From Acidimicrobiia bacterium (lineage in GTDB: Bacteria > Actinomycetota > Acidimicrobiia > Spongiisociales > UBA5794): 64,000 nt of DNA. The DNA is taken from contig JBFIXI010000002.1 in assembly GCA_041605955.1 (NCBI GenBank), positions 19,525-83,524 of the forward strand, written 5' to 3'. Under the pieces are notes generated by a model. It was not told where the DNA came from. It ran no database searches and was given only the letters and a program-made list of their open reading frames with translations. Both the position numbers and the translations under genes were made by a program. The stretch's first letter is position 1, and each line of letters opens with the position of its first letter. This document shows, in pieces, positions 47,270 through 57,315 of this stretch.

Positions 47270-47784
47270 GGCTGACATGCCTGCTCGGCTTGGTGCTCGT
47301 CGTCGGCTGTGGTGGCGCCGATTCGACTCCCGATTCGATGGGCACGGAAGGGGCGCCGGTCACGACCGGTCCCGTGGTCGCCAATCCGGTGACCACGAGT
47401 CCGGTTGAGACGGCACCGCCGACAACGTCGCCGACGGCAACTTCGCCGGTTACGACGACACCTATCGGGGCGGCCGACTGTCCTGAGGTACTGGCGGTCG
47501 AACTGACGGAGACGGCACTGGGAGTCTTCACTGTCAGCGCCACCGTGCGATCCGTCGACATCGCCGGGGTCAGCTATGCAGACGCGTGGGAGGTGCGCGC
47601 CCTCGACGGTACCGTCCTCGGAACGAGGATCTTGGCCCACCCCCATCCCAATGAGCAGCCGTTCACCAGATCGCTCTCCGCCGTCGAGATTCCCCGGGAG
47701 ATCACTGCGGTCGAGGTGGAGGCGCGCGACTCGGTGCGCGGCTTTTGCGGGGTGGGGCTGACGGTGGAAGTGCCGCACTCGTGA
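47266..47784 (+). CDS. Hypothetical lipoprotein with a Pro/Thr-rich linker
   Basis: 'MRLTCLLGLVLVVGCGG' lipobox. ATGA overlap with the upstream gene. The frame is reported inside ORF 46723..47784. Confidence 0.45.
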   Translation: MRLTCLLGLVLVVGCGGADSTPDSMGTEGAPVTTGPVVANPVTTSPVETAPPTTSPTATSPVTTTPIGAADCPEVLAVELTETALGVFTVSATVRSVDIAGVSYADAWEVRALDGTVLGTRILAHPHPNEQPFTRSLSAVEIPREITAVEVEARDSVRGFCGVGLTVEVPHS

Positions 47785-48320
47785 GTGTCGACTACCCCGT
47801 ATGGACAGGCGAGGAGTGGGTCGAGATGCCGATCCCATCGATGGAAGGCCAGGGAATCGTGATTCCCAACGTGGCCGCCGTGGTCTACACCGAAGATCGC
47901 ACCCAGCTGCTGCTGCAACGGCGTGACAAGCCGAACGAGGTAGTCAGGGGGCGCCTCGAAGTACCGGGGGGGCGCTGGGGAGCAGGGGAGTCCGCCGAGG
48001 AGGCTGTGCGCCGTGAGGTCTTCGAGGAAACCGGGGTCTCCGTCATCGAGCTGTTGACGGGATCTCGCAAGTACGACTTCCCGGCGGGGTTGGCAGTTGA
48101 GGCTTCTTCCCCCTCGGCGGTGGTGGCCGGGCTGACGGGGGCTTATCCGGCGCTGCTCGTGGCGTTCGAATGCATTGGTGCCGGGGTTCCCCGCCCTGTT
48201 CCGGGTGAGACCGCCGCCCCGTCATGGTGGGAGATCGCCGCGGTGCGCGACCATCTGGAGAATGACCCGGACGACTTCGTGTGGCAAGCCGCGGCGGTTC
48301 TGCGCGAGGTGTTGGCTTGA
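47781..48320 (+). CDS. NUDIX hydrolase
   Basis: Nudix box 'GGRWGAGESAEEAVRREVFEETG'. Its GTG start overlaps the stop of the upstream gene. Confidence 0.65.
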   Translation: MSVDYPVWTGEEWVEMPIPSMEGQGIVIPNVAAVVYTEDRTQLLLQRRDKPNEVVRGRLEVPGGRWGAGESAEEAVRREVFEETGVSVIELLTGSRKYDFPAGLAVEASSPSAVVAGLTGAYPALLVAFECIGAGVPRPVPGETAAPSWWEIAAVRDHLENDPDDFVWQAAAVLREVLA

Positions 48321-48330
48321 GGCGCCCTCA

Positions 48331-48852
48331 CTAGTCGCCGTCGCTCACCTCTTCGTCGATCAGCTCCTTGGGCTCCGGAGGTACCACTAAGACGGGGCGA
48401 CCTGACTCGAGCATGACTCGGGCCGAGACGCTCTCCCAGGCAGACTGATCGAAGATCTGACGGGTCGCGCCGAGCACGATGACGCCGGCGTCGATGTCGC
48501 GCGCCAGTCGGGAGATCGTCAGCGCCGGATCCTCCCCTTCGCGGAAGATCGCCTTCGACTCGATGCCGGAGGCTGCCAACGCCGCCACCAGCGGCTCGGT
48601 GAGCCGGCGACCTCGCTCCTCGACGTAGCGGGCGATCAGGGCGTCCTCCTCGTCCGTCCAGCTGGCGGTGCTCCTTTCGGACAGAGGGTGCCAACTGTCA
48701 CCGCGGAGCTCCTCTAGGAAAGAGCGAGGGACTTCTATGACCGTCGTCACCGTGCACTTGCCACGTTCGCCGAGGAGGCGTTTGGCGAAATCGACGACCG
48801 GGCCCGGGCTGAGAACCCCGGTGGTGGCAACGAGAACGTGCATTGCACGCAT
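48331..48852 (-). CDS. Universal stress protein (single UspA domain)
   Basis: 'HVLVATTG' and 'GVIVLGATRQ' USP pattern. Start at an internal Met. The ORF track extends to 49038. Confidence 0.6.
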   Translation of the reverse strand: MRAMHVLVATTGVLSPGPVVDFAKRLLGERGKCTVTTVIEVPRSFLEELRGDSWHPLSERSTASWTDEEDALIARYVEERGRRLTEPLVAALAASGIESKAIFREGEDPALTISRLARDIDAGVIVLGATRQIFDQSAWESVSARVMLESGRPVLVVPPEPKELIDEEVSDGD

Positions 48853-48951
48853 TTTAGGAATGCGAGGGGAGCAGGGTCGGCCAGACGCAGCTGAACAATC
48901 GGTTAATTGCGCCCCGTCGGATGCGGTTTGGCGTCCGGCTTCGATACGATG

Positions 48952-49650
48952 TTCGTCGTGACCTCCACAGAAGCAAACCGCGTCCTTGTCGTCGATGATG
49001 AGCCGATGGTGCTCGAGGTGGTCTCCACGTATCTCCAACGTGACGGCTTCCGGGTCACAACGGCCAGCAGCGGAGCCGAGGCCCTGGCCGCAGTCGATCG
49101 CGATCCGCCGGATCTGTTGGTGCTGGACGTCATGTTGCCCGAGATCGATGGTTTCGATCTACTGGCACGCATCCGCCGTTCAAGCGATATGCCGGTCATC
49201 CTGCTCACTGCCCGCACCGAGGAGCCGGACCGGGTGCTCGGCCTCGAGCTGGGCGCCGATGACTACGTGGTCAAGCCGTTCTCGCCGCGGGAACTGGCCG
49301 CCCGAGTGAGGTCGGTGTTGCGCCGTGCCCAGCCCCGCAAGATGGAGGCGGCCTTGGAGTACGGCGACCTCGTCATCAACGGCATCACTCGCGAAGTCAC
49401 TCTGGCCGGGGAGGTCATACCCACGACTCCGAAGGAGTTCGATCTGTTGGCGTTTCTGGCGGCGTCGCCGCGTCAAGTCTTCAGTCGGGCGCAGCTGCTC
49501 GAACAGGTATGGGACTCATCGGCCGATTACCAGGATCCCTCGACGGTGACGGTGCATATTCGGCGGCTGCGGCAAAAGCTGGAGGCGGACGCCGAGAACC
49601 CCCGCTGGTTGCACACCGTTTGGGGAGTCGGATACCGCTTTGAGCCCTGA
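48952..49650 (+). CDS. OmpR-family two-component response regulator
   Basis: Receiver domain (DD...D...K) plus a winged-helix trans_reg_C domain ('TVHIRRLRQKLE...GVGYRF'). Start chosen at the internal Met at 48952. Confidence 0.8.
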   Translation, partial: FVVTSTEANRVLVVDDEPMVLEVVSTYLQRDGFRVTTASSGAEALAAVDRDPPDLLVLDVMLPEIDGFDLLARIRRSSDMPVILLTARTEEPDRVLGLELGADDYVVKPFSPRELAARVRSVLRRAQPRKMEAALEYGDLVINGITREVTLAGEVIPTTPKEFDLLAFLAASPRQVFSRAQLLEQVWDSSADYQDPSTVTVHIRRLRQKLEADAENPRWLHTVWGVGYRFEP

Positions 49651-49665
49651 CGTATTGATCGAGAG

Positions 49666-50883
49666 ATGAGTCGACACAGTGGGTCTGCAATGAAGGCAAT
49701 CGTCGGTTTGCTCGGTGTGGTGGTCTTGGGAATAGCCACTTTCGAGGTCACGATGCGGCCCTCGGCAGCGGAGCGGTTTCAAATCATCGCCATATTCGTC
49801 GCGATGGCGGTGGTGGCCGCCGCCGTGGGTCTTCTGTTTCCTCGATTCATCGCCTTTCGTTCGCTCCAGTCATCCGTGATTGCGATTGCAGTGCTCGCCG
49901 TGGCTCTGGTGGTCATGTCGGCTGTGCTTTCAGCTGCGCTCATGTCCTTCAGTGTCCACGATATGACCGTTCTGGTAGTCGTCCTCGCGTTCGGGCTGGG
50001 GCTGGGCCTGATGACGGCGATGGCGCTGGCCCGCCCACTGGCAGATGACCTGGACCGAATTCGGGAGACGGCTGACCGGGTCGCTCATGGCGATCTGGAG
50101 GTGCGAACCGGCGTTGCGCGCCACGACGAGCTGGGGATGGCTGCCGGCGCCATCGATGCCATGATTGCGCGCCTGCAAGCCGCTACCCAGGAACGCAGCA
50201 GGCAGCAAGCGGCCCGCCGGGAGTTTCTCGCCGCAGTCGGACACGACTTGCGGTCCCCGTTGGCGGCGCTACGCGCCACGGTCGAAGCGCTCGAAGACGG
50301 ACTCTCCCCGGATCCGGAGCGATACCTCGGTTCGATGCGCGCCGACGTCGATGCCTTGTCCCAGCTGGTCGACGATCTATTCCTGCTGTCGACCATCGAG
50401 TCGGGCAACCTGACGTTCGAGCGGATGCCCGTCGACGTCGCGGAGATCGCCGACGAGTCGCTGGAGGCCTTGCAGCCCGTGGCGCGTCAATGCGAGGTGG
50501 AGCTGCGGCTGGAGGTCGACGGCCGGGTGGCGGCCGCCGCCGGACCGGCCCAGGTCGGCCGCGTGATTCGGAATCTCGTCGACAACGCCATCCGTCACTC
50601 GCCACCGGGATCCGAAGTGGTCGTCGAGGTGGCCAACAGTGATGGCGCGCTGGTCACGGTCACGGACGAGGGGCCCGGCTTCGCCCCCGATATGCTCGTA
50701 AAGGCGTTCGATGGCTTCGTGACCGGCGACCCCGCCCGGAGTCGATCCAGCGGGGGAGCCGGCCTCGGCTTGGCGATCGCCCGGGGGCTCGTCGAGGCTC
50801 ACGGTGGGTCGATTTGGGCCGAGGCGGGCAACGGTGGCAAGGTTGTCTTCGCCCTGCCCGTGTTGGCCAGTATGCGAGAGTGA
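49666..50883 (+). CDS. Sensor histidine kinase (TM, HAMP, HisKA, HATPase)
   Basis: H-box 'AAVGHDLRSPLAAL' plus N, G1 and G2 boxes ('DNAIRHS', 'DEGPGF', 'GGAGLGLAIA'). Confidence 0.75.
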   Translation: MSRHSGSAMKAIVGLLGVVVLGIATFEVTMRPSAAERFQIIAIFVAMAVVAAAVGLLFPRFIAFRSLQSSVIAIAVLAVALVVMSAVLSAALMSFSVHDMTVLVVVLAFGLGLGLMTAMALARPLADDLDRIRETADRVAHGDLEVRTGVARHDELGMAAGAIDAMIARLQAATQERSRQQAARREFLAAVGHDLRSPLAALRATVEALEDGLSPDPERYLGSMRADVDALSQLVDDLFLLSTIESGNLTFERMPVDVAEIADESLEALQPVARQCEVELRLEVDGRVAAAAGPAQVGRVIRNLVDNAIRHSPPGSEVVVEVANSDGALVTVTDEGPGFAPDMLVKAFDGFVTGDPARSRSSGGAGLGLAIARGLVEAHGGSIWAEAGNGGKVVFALPVLASMRE

Positions 50884-50888
50884 TCCGC

Positions 50889-51389
50889 GTGACGTCAGTC
50901 GAGACCCTCAACAAGGTGCTGTGGAAGATCCCCAACGTGTTGTGCCTCATCGGCAGCCGCGCCGGGGACGAGCGCAACGGGATGACCCAGAGCTGGGTGA
51001 CCCAGGTCTCCATGGAGCCGGTGCTGGTCGCCATCTCGGTCGACACATCGGCCGTCACCAATCGGCTGATCCGCGAGGGCGGTTCTTTCAGCATCAACCT
51101 ATGGGATCGGGAGGACACTCGTCCGTTCGTCAAGTTCTCCAAGCCGGCAACATTCGATGGTGCCAGCTTGAACGGGCGGCCCGTATTCGAGGGCACGACC
51201 GGGGTGCCGATCTTCTCTGAGGCGGTGGCCTGGATCGAGTGCCGGGTCGATCAGATCATCCCCTGCGGTACTCACGACCTTTTCTTGGGAGAGGTGATTG
51301 CCGCTGACATCCGCGACGACGACGCAGCCATCGCCCGTATCGAGGACACGAGAATGAAGTACGGCGGCGTCAAGCGGGGCGGTCACTGA
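50889..51389 (+). CDS. Flavin reductase-family protein (NADH:FMN oxidoreductase-like)
   Basis: Flavin_Reduct pattern ('ICLIGSRAGDERNGMTQSW', 'GTHDLFLGEV'). The likely GTG start lies just after the kinase stop. The ORF track start at 50814 overlaps the kinase. Confidence 0.6.
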   Translation: MTSVETLNKVLWKIPNVLCLIGSRAGDERNGMTQSWVTQVSMEPVLVAISVDTSAVTNRLIREGGSFSINLWDREDTRPFVKFSKPATFDGASLNGRPVFEGTTGVPIFSEAVAWIECRVDQIIPCGTHDLFLGEVIAADIRDDDAAIARIEDTRMKYGGVKRGGH

Positions 51390-51400
51390 GGAGGGCGGAG

Positions 51401-52174
51401 TTGGAGCTACGAATCGACGGCAAGGTCGCCATAGTCACCGGCGCCAGCCGGGGCATCGGCGAAGCCACGGCCGCAGAGCTACTCGCCAGCGGGGCGAAGG
51501 GCGTGGCGATAACGAGTCGCCGTGAGGAGAACATAAGCGCCGCCGCCGAACGTATCGGCGAGAGCGAGCGGCTGATGGCCCTGGCGGCCCGCGCCGACAG
51601 CGAGTCGGATGCCGAGGCCACGGTGCAGGCGGTGATCGACCACTTCGGGAGTTGCGACATCCTGGTCAACAATGCGGGCACGAACCCATCAGCAGGCAAC
51701 CTGGCAGACGTGGATCTGGGGGCCGTCGCCAAGACGTGGGAGGTCAACCAGCTCGGTCCGCTGCTGTGGGCTCGGGCCGCATGGCGGCATTACATGGCAG
51801 CCAACGGCGGGTCGATCGTCAACGTGGCGTCGGTCGGCGGGATGAGCCCTGGGCCGATGATCGGAGCGTACAACGTGTCCAAGGCAGCGCTGATTCACTT
51901 GACGCGGCAACTCGCTATGGAGTTCGCTCCTCGGGTGCGGGTGAATGCCGTGGCGCCGTCGGTGGTACGTACCCGACTAGCCGCCGCGCTGTGGGAAGGC
52001 ATCGAGGAGCACACTGCGGCGGCTCACCCGCTCGGACGGATCGGGGAGCCGCACGACATCGCAGCTGCGGTGCTGTTCCTGGTGTCCGACGCCGCCTCTT
52101 GGATCACGGGAGTGACTCTTCCGGTCGACGGTGGAGTCACTGGGGCGTCCTCGGCGAGCAGCCTCAGTGGCTGA
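51401..52174 (+). CDS. SDR-family oxidoreductase (FabG-like)
   Basis: 'TGASRGIG', 'NNAG' and a 'YNVSKAAL' catalytic YxxxK. Confidence 0.75.
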   Translation: MELRIDGKVAIVTGASRGIGEATAAELLASGAKGVAITSRREENISAAAERIGESERLMALAARADSESDAEATVQAVIDHFGSCDILVNNAGTNPSAGNLADVDLGAVAKTWEVNQLGPLLWARAAWRHYMAANGGSIVNVASVGGMSPGPMIGAYNVSKAALIHLTRQLAMEFAPRVRVNAVAPSVVRTRLAAALWEGIEEHTAAAHPLGRIGEPHDIAAAVLFLVSDAASWITGVTLPVDGGVTGASSASSLSG

Positions 52175-52466
52175 ACCGACCCCGGAGCCGCGGCGCATCG
52201 AAGTCACCGACAAGCAACGGTTGGAGATCGAATGGGCCGACGGGGCGGTCACGACGATGACGGCCCCGGAGGTGCGGGCGTTCTGCCAGTGCGCCGGCTG
52301 CCGCGAGCTGGACCCGCAGCTGCGCACGGTGGCGGCGCACGCTCACGCCACGATCGAGAGCGCGTCGCTGGTCGGCGGATATGCGGTCAACTTCGTGTTC
52401 GGGCCCGACGGCCACGGCACGGGGATCTACCCGTTTGCCGAGTTGCGCCGCTATCGGTCGCCCTGA
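52167..52466 (+). CDS. DUF971-family small protein
   Basis: 'IEVTDKQRLEIEWADG...CQCAGC' pattern with a zinc-ribbon-like CxC. GTG start overlapping the SDR stop. Confidence 0.45.
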   Translation: MAEPTPEPRRIEVTDKQRLEIEWADGAVTTMTAPEVRAFCQCAGCRELDPQLRTVAAHAHATIESASLVGGYAVNFVFGPDGHGTGIYPFAELRRYRSP

Positions 52467-52834
52467 GCCTCCAGAGCCTCGAGCAATTCGGCGCGCCGCC
52501 TCTCCAAGGCCCTGCGCCGGTCGGCCGCGTTGTCGGCGATCGACTCGTTGATCCGACGCCGATACGCGGCCGGGTCGGTGACCATCTTGTAGCTCTCGTT
52601 GAGCGCCGGCTTGATGGCGACCTCGGTCATGGCTTCCAGCTGGGCGGTGACGCTCTCCAGCTCCGCTTCGAGGGTCGCCACCGGTCGGGTCGCGTCGGCC
52701 CGCAGCCGGGCCCGAGCGCGCAGCTCGTCACGCTGCGCCTCCAAGGCAGCCCTTGTGGGCCCTGCAGGTAGGTCGGCGATCTGTTGGCTGAGCTGCAGAA
52801 CCTCGGCGAGCGTGGCATCCACTTCGTCGGTCAT
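52451..52834 (-). CDS. Hypothetical coiled-coil protein (127 aa) immediately downstream of lhr
   Basis: Heptad-like Ala/Arg/Glu-rich helices. There is a 4-nt gap after the lhr stop. No family recognised. Confidence 0.35.
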   Translation of the reverse strand: MTDEVDATLAEVLQLSQQIADLPAGPTRAALEAQRDELRARARLRADATRPVATLEAELESVTAQLEAMTEVAIKPALNESYKMVTDPAAYRRRINESIADNAADRRRALERRRAELLEALEAQGDR

Positions 52835-52838
52835 GAGG

Positions 52839-55800
52839 TCACCGGGCGCTCCCCAGGCTGAGCCCCTTGTAACCCGCTTTGAGGCCGGCTGCGATCAGGT
52901 CGGCACCGACAAGGGTGGTGGCGGCCGGGGTGCCGTCGATCTGCTCAAGCGCCGTGGGTCGAGATTGGCGTTCCATGAGGGCGATTATGGCGGCGGTGGT
53001 CGTGTCGCGGTCGGCATCGAAAGTCAGCGCGCGGCGGCTTCCCTTCTCCAGGTATGCCGCCAGCTTGCCATCGGCAAGGGCTACTGCGGCCCCGGCACGG
53101 CGGGCCGGGGCGCCTCCCGCCGACTCCGGCCAGGCGATCGTGGCACCGTACGGGTTGGCCGGGTCCACTGCGCTCAGGGTGACGATTCCGGTCTCTCCGC
53201 CGGCGCGCAGCCGGTCTACCGCACCCGGCATAGCGAACTGGGCGCCACCTTGACCTTCGATGAAATAGCCGCGGCGCGCCTTGCCGGCGTCTTCGAGGGC
53301 ACTGAATACCGGGTACAGCCCGGCAAAGCCTCCGGGCACTCCCTCGGTGAGCACAGCCTCGCGAGTCACTACGCCGTGGCGGGTGAGTAGCTGCTCGGCC
53401 AGGGCGGCCACCCTGGCCTCGGCCGCTACCGGCTCATCGCGCCTCAAGACGTCCTCGACGAGATACCAGCGCCCGGTGGCCGCGGCCGGAGTCGCCGCCG
53501 AGACGTGAGGCCGTCCCCGCCGGCGAGAATTGCGACGCCGGCCCCATAGGAACGCTCGCAGCGGCGCCAGGGTGTCGTTGGTGACCTCGCCTGCCCAGAC
53601 GAGATCCCACAGCGCGGCCACGACCTGCTCCGGGTCGCCCCCTTCGGCGGCTACGTAGAGGTCTCGGAAGAACGATGCGCCGCGGGCGCTGAGGTGATGG
53701 CGCAGCCGATCGTGGATCGTGCCGGCGGGCGGCTCGAGGGGCATGTCCCAGTGCAGTAGAGGGGCCTGTTCCCGCAGATACAGTGCCACTCGCCCGTCTC
53801 GTAGACCCAGAGCCTGTCGCCCCACCCATACCAGATCACCCGAGGCGAGCAGGTCGTCGAGCATGGCAGGCTCGTATCTCATTCGGTCCGGAAGGATCGA
53901 GGACTCGAGCTCGCTGGCGGGAAGGGTGGCTCCTTGCAGGCTGCGGATGACGTCGAGCAATCGACTAGGGCTTGCAGAGGTTTCGCCGACGCCGTGCCAC
54001 CCCGGCAGGAACCGGCCCAGAGCCGCCACGTCGACCGCTTCGACCTCGCGTCGGAGCTTGGCCAGTGAGCGCCGCCGGAGTCTGCGCAGGACCTCAACGT
54101 CCACCCAGTCGTGATCGGAGGCCCCGCCGGGGCGATAGGTCCCGCGGCTGACCCGGTTGGCTTGTTCGAGCCGGTTGAGGACCTCGGTCACGGCCGCCAC
54201 CGGCAATCCGAGCGCAGCTGCCGCGTCCGCCGCGGAGAACGGGCTGTGAGTGCGGGCGTAGCGACCGACGACATCGCCGAGTGAGTCGGCAACCGGTTCC
54301 AGCAACGATTCGGCGATTCCGGGAGGTGGGGAAACGCCGAGAGCGTCACGCAACCGGGCAACATCCTCGACGGCGGCGAGTACCTCACGTCCGGCGACCC
54401 GTACCGGCGCGATGCGGCGTTGCTGCTGTAGCTCGTCGAGCCACTGTTGGCTGGCGGCGGGATCGGCAGCTCGGTCGGCGACCTCTGTGGTGGTGAGCGG
54501 GCCGAGATCGCGCAGCATGTCGTGCAGGTGGTCTCGGCTGGTGATGCGTCGCTCCGCCGACAGGCGCTGCAGATCCAGCTCCACCGACTCGACGACATCG
54601 GGATCCAGGAGATCGCGGAACTCCGGGTCGCCGAGTATCTCGCGCAGTAGGGAGCGGTCAAGCGTCAGGGCGGCGGCGCGTTTCTCGGCCACCGGCGCGT
54701 CGTATTCGTACATGAACGACGCGATGAAGTCGAACATGAGCGAGGAGGCCATCGGGCTCGGCGTGTCGAGCTCGATCTGGTGAACCCGCGTCTTGCGTCC
54801 GGCGACATCTCGTAGGACTTCGATGACGGCGGGCAGGTCGAAGTGGTCCTGGAGGATTTCTCGATAGGTCTCGAGCACGACCGGAAACGACCCATAACGT
54901 TTCGCCACCGAAAGCAGATCGGCGGCCCGCCGGCGCTGCAGCCACAACGGCGTGCGCGACCCGGGGCGGCGACGGGGGAGTAGGAGCGACCGGGCGGCGG
55001 CCTCACGAAAACGGGCGGTGAACAGCGCGCTGTCTCCGACCTCCTCGAGCAACAGCTCCTCCATCTCGTCCGGCGCGATGATCAGGGTGGCCGCAGCCGG
55101 CGGGGTGTCCACGTCCGGGAATCGGAACATGATCCCGTCGTCGGCCCAGATCACATCCACCTCGCCCCCGTGTTCCTGCCGGTAACGGCGGCGAGCCGCC
55201 AGCGCCCACGGCGCGTGCACCCGTGAGCCGAAGGGAGACAGCACCGCTACTCGCCAATCACCGATTTCGTCTCGGAATTGCTCGACGACGATTGAGCGGT
55301 CGGTCGGCAGTGTCCCTGTTGTGGCTTTCTCGGCGGCGATGAACGCCGCCAGGTTGGCCGCCGCCCATGGGTCCAGCCGGTAGCGCGCTTCGAGGAGGCC
55401 GGTTGCGGCCGACTCGTCGAGGGCCCCGATCTCGCGCACAAAGGCGCCCACGGCCCGACCCAATTCGAGGGGCCGTCCGGGTCCGTCCCCATGCCAGAAG
55501 GGCATGCGCGCCGGAGTGCCGGCTTCGGCGGGGAGAACGGTCACCCGATCATGGGTGATCTCGGCGATCTTCCAGGATGACGCCCCGAGCACGAAGACAT
55601 CGCCGGGACGGCTTTCGTAGACCATCTCCTCGTCGAGCTCGCCCACCTTGCCGCCCTCTGGTAGCACGACCGTATAGAGCCCCCGATCGGGAATGGTTCC
55701 CGGGTTGGTGACGGCGAGCATCCGGGCGTTGCTGCGAGCTTCGATGACGCCTTCGACGCGATCCCACACGATGCGGGGGCGCAGCTCGGCGAACTCGTCG

Positions 55801-57242
55801 CTGGGGTAGCGGCCGGCGAGCATGTCGAGCACCGCTTCGAGACCGGCGCGGGTCAAGTCGCGGTAGGGCGCAGCACGCCGAATCAGGCTATGGATGTCGT
55901 CGACGGCGTGCCGCCCCGTCGCCGCCATCGCCACGATGTGCTGAGCCAACACGTCGAGCGGGTTGCGCGGTATCCGGGTCGATTCGATGGCGCCCGCATA
56001 CATCCGGTCGACGACCACCGCAGTCTCGAGGAGGTCGCCGCGGTGCTTGGGGAACACCTTGGCAACCGAGGCGGCGCCGACCTGGTGGCCGGCTCGGCCG
56101 ACTCTTTGTAGGCCGCGGGCCACCGAATTGGGGGACTCGACGAGGAGCACCAGGTCGATGGCCGCCATGTCGATACCGAGCTCGAGGGTGGAGGTCGCCA
56201 CGACACCCTTCAGTTCGCCGCGCTTCAACCGACCTTCGATCTCGATCCGCTGCTCGCGAGACACCGAGCCGTGATGCGACTGGACGAGCTCCTCTCCGGC
56301 CAACCGGTTCAGCTCGGCCGCTAGTCGCTCCGCCAAGCCGCGGGAGTTGACGAAGAGCAAAGTGGACGTATGGGTTTGAATCAGCTCTAGCAGTCGCGGA
56401 TACATGGCGGGCCAGATGGAGCGCTTGGCCGGCTCGTTGGGATCCGGCTGCGCTCCATCAACTGCCGGCACCGGTGTCTCCTCGGGGCGGTTCATGTCGG
56501 CCACCGGGACGACGATCTGCACGTCGAGCTCCTTCTCCCACGGAGCATCGACGACGGTCACCGGACGCGGGGTCCACTGGTCGCCACTGAGCTCGCCGCC
56601 CCCGAGGAACTCGGCGATGGCCTCCAGCGGTCGCTGTGTCGCCGACAGGCCGATGCGTTGCGGAACGGCCTCCGTGAGCTGGTTGAGACGCTCCAGGCTG
56701 AGCGCCAGATGCGAGCCCCGCTTCGTGCCCGCCACGGAGTGAATCTCGTCGACGATGACCCACCGGACGGTACGGAGGATGCGGCGGGCCTGCGACGTGA
56801 GCATCAGATACAGCGATTCAGGCGTAGTGATGAGGATGTCAGGCGGGTGTCGCAACATCGCCTGGCGCTCACCCGCCGGGGTGTCGCCGGTCCGCATGGC
56901 AGTCGATAGCCGTGGTTGCTCCGTTTGCATCCGTTGCGCGGCCAGTTGGATACCTTGGAGCGGAGCCCGCAGGTTCCGCTCCACATCGTATGCCAGAGCC
57001 TTCATGGGGGAGATGTACAGAACCCGGCACCGATCTCCTTCGGCTGGGATCGGCTCTGCGGCCAGCCGGTCGATGGCCCACAGAAAGGCCGCCAGCGTCT
57101 TGCCGGAGCCGGTGGGCGCATGGATCAGGGTGTTATCGCCGGCGGCGATGGCTTCCCACCCCTTGACCTGGGCTGCGGTGGGCTCCGGGAAGGCCGATTC
57201 GAACCATGCCCGGGTCGGCTCCGAGAACAGACGTAGCGCCAT
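52839..57242 (-). CDS. lhr: Lhr-family ATP-dependent DNA helicase (large helicase-related), full length with the C-terminal Lhr-CTD
   Basis: 'HAPTGSGKT' Walker A, DEIH box, superfamily 2 helicase motifs, and about 1467 aa with the long Lhr C-terminal extension. Confidence 0.85.
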   Translation of the reverse strand: MALRLFSEPTRAWFESAFPEPTAAQVKGWEAIAAGDNTLIHAPTGSGKTLAAFLWAIDRLAAEPIPAEGDRCRVLYISPMKALAYDVERNLRAPLQGIQLAAQRMQTEQPRLSTAMRTGDTPAGERQAMLRHPPDILITTPESLYLMLTSQARRILRTVRWVIVDEIHSVAGTKRGSHLALSLERLNQLTEAVPQRIGLSATQRPLEAIAEFLGGGELSGDQWTPRPVTVVDAPWEKELDVQIVVPVADMNRPEETPVPAVDGAQPDPNEPAKRSIWPAMYPRLLELIQTHTSTLLFVNSRGLAERLAAELNRLAGEELVQSHHGSVSREQRIEIEGRLKRGELKGVVATSTLELGIDMAAIDLVLLVESPNSVARGLQRVGRAGHQVGAASVAKVFPKHRGDLLETAVVVDRMYAGAIESTRIPRNPLDVLAQHIVAMAATGRHAVDDIHSLIRRAAPYRDLTRAGLEAVLDMLAGRYPSDEFAELRPRIVWDRVEGVIEARSNARMLAVTNPGTIPDRGLYTVVLPEGGKVGELDEEMVYESRPGDVFVLGASSWKIAEITHDRVTVLPAEAGTPARMPFWHGDGPGRPLELGRAVGAFVREIGALDESAATGLLEARYRLDPWAAANLAAFIAAEKATTGTLPTDRSIVVEQFRDEIGDWRVAVLSPFGSRVHAPWALAARRRYRQEHGGEVDVIWADDGIMFRFPDVDTPPAAATLIIAPDEMEELLLEEVGDSALFTARFREAAARSLLLPRRRPGSRTPLWLQRRRAADLLSVAKRYGSFPVVLETYREILQDHFDLPAVIEVLRDVAGRKTRVHQIELDTPSPMASSLMFDFIASFMYEYDAPVAEKRAAALTLDRSLLREILGDPEFRDLLDPDVVESVELDLQRLSAERRITSRDHLHDMLRDLGPLTTTEVADRAADPAASQQWLDELQQQRRIAPVRVAGREVLAAVEDVARLRDALGVSPPPGIAESLLEPVADSLGDVVGRYARTHSPFSAADAAAALGLPVAAVTEVLNRLEQANRVSRGTYRPGGASDHDWVDVEVLRRLRRRSLAKLRREVEAVDVAALGRFLPGWHGVGETSASPSRLLDVIRSLQGATLPASELESSILPDRMRYEPAMLDDLLASGDLVWVGRQALGLRDGRVALYLREQAPLLHWDMPLEPPAGTIHDRLRHHLSARGASFFRDLYVAAEGGDPEQVVAALWDLVWAGEVTNDTLAPLRAFLWGRRRNSRRRGRPHVSAATPAAATGRWYLVEDVLRRDEPVAAEARVAALAEQLLTRHGVVTREAVLTEGVPGGFAGLYPVFSALEDAGKARRGYFIEGQGGAQFAMPGAVDRLRAGGETGIVTLSAVDPANPYGATIAWPESAGGAPARRAGAAVALADGKLAAYLEKGSRRALTFDADRDTTTAAIIALMERQSRPTALEQIDGTPAATTLVGADLIAAGLKAGYKGLSLGSAR

Positions 57243-57275
57243 GGCGGCAGCGTAATGCGCTGGTGTGACATATCT
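57243..57275 (-). promoter_or_regulatory. Candidate leaderless lhr promoter: TGTCACAC-N8-TACGCT-N6-ATG (RecA-NDp/PafBC-like architecture)
   Basis: The minus strand reads ...GATATGTCACACCAGCGCATTACGCTGCCGCCATG. The -10-like TAnnnT ends 6 nt before the start codon, which is leaderless geometry. The upstream half matches TGTCRGTG at 5 of 8 positions with correct 8-nt spacing. Confidence 0.3.
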
Positions 57276-57315
57276 CGGGGCGGCAGGCCGGCTGCCGCAA
57301 GCTAAATAACAAAAT

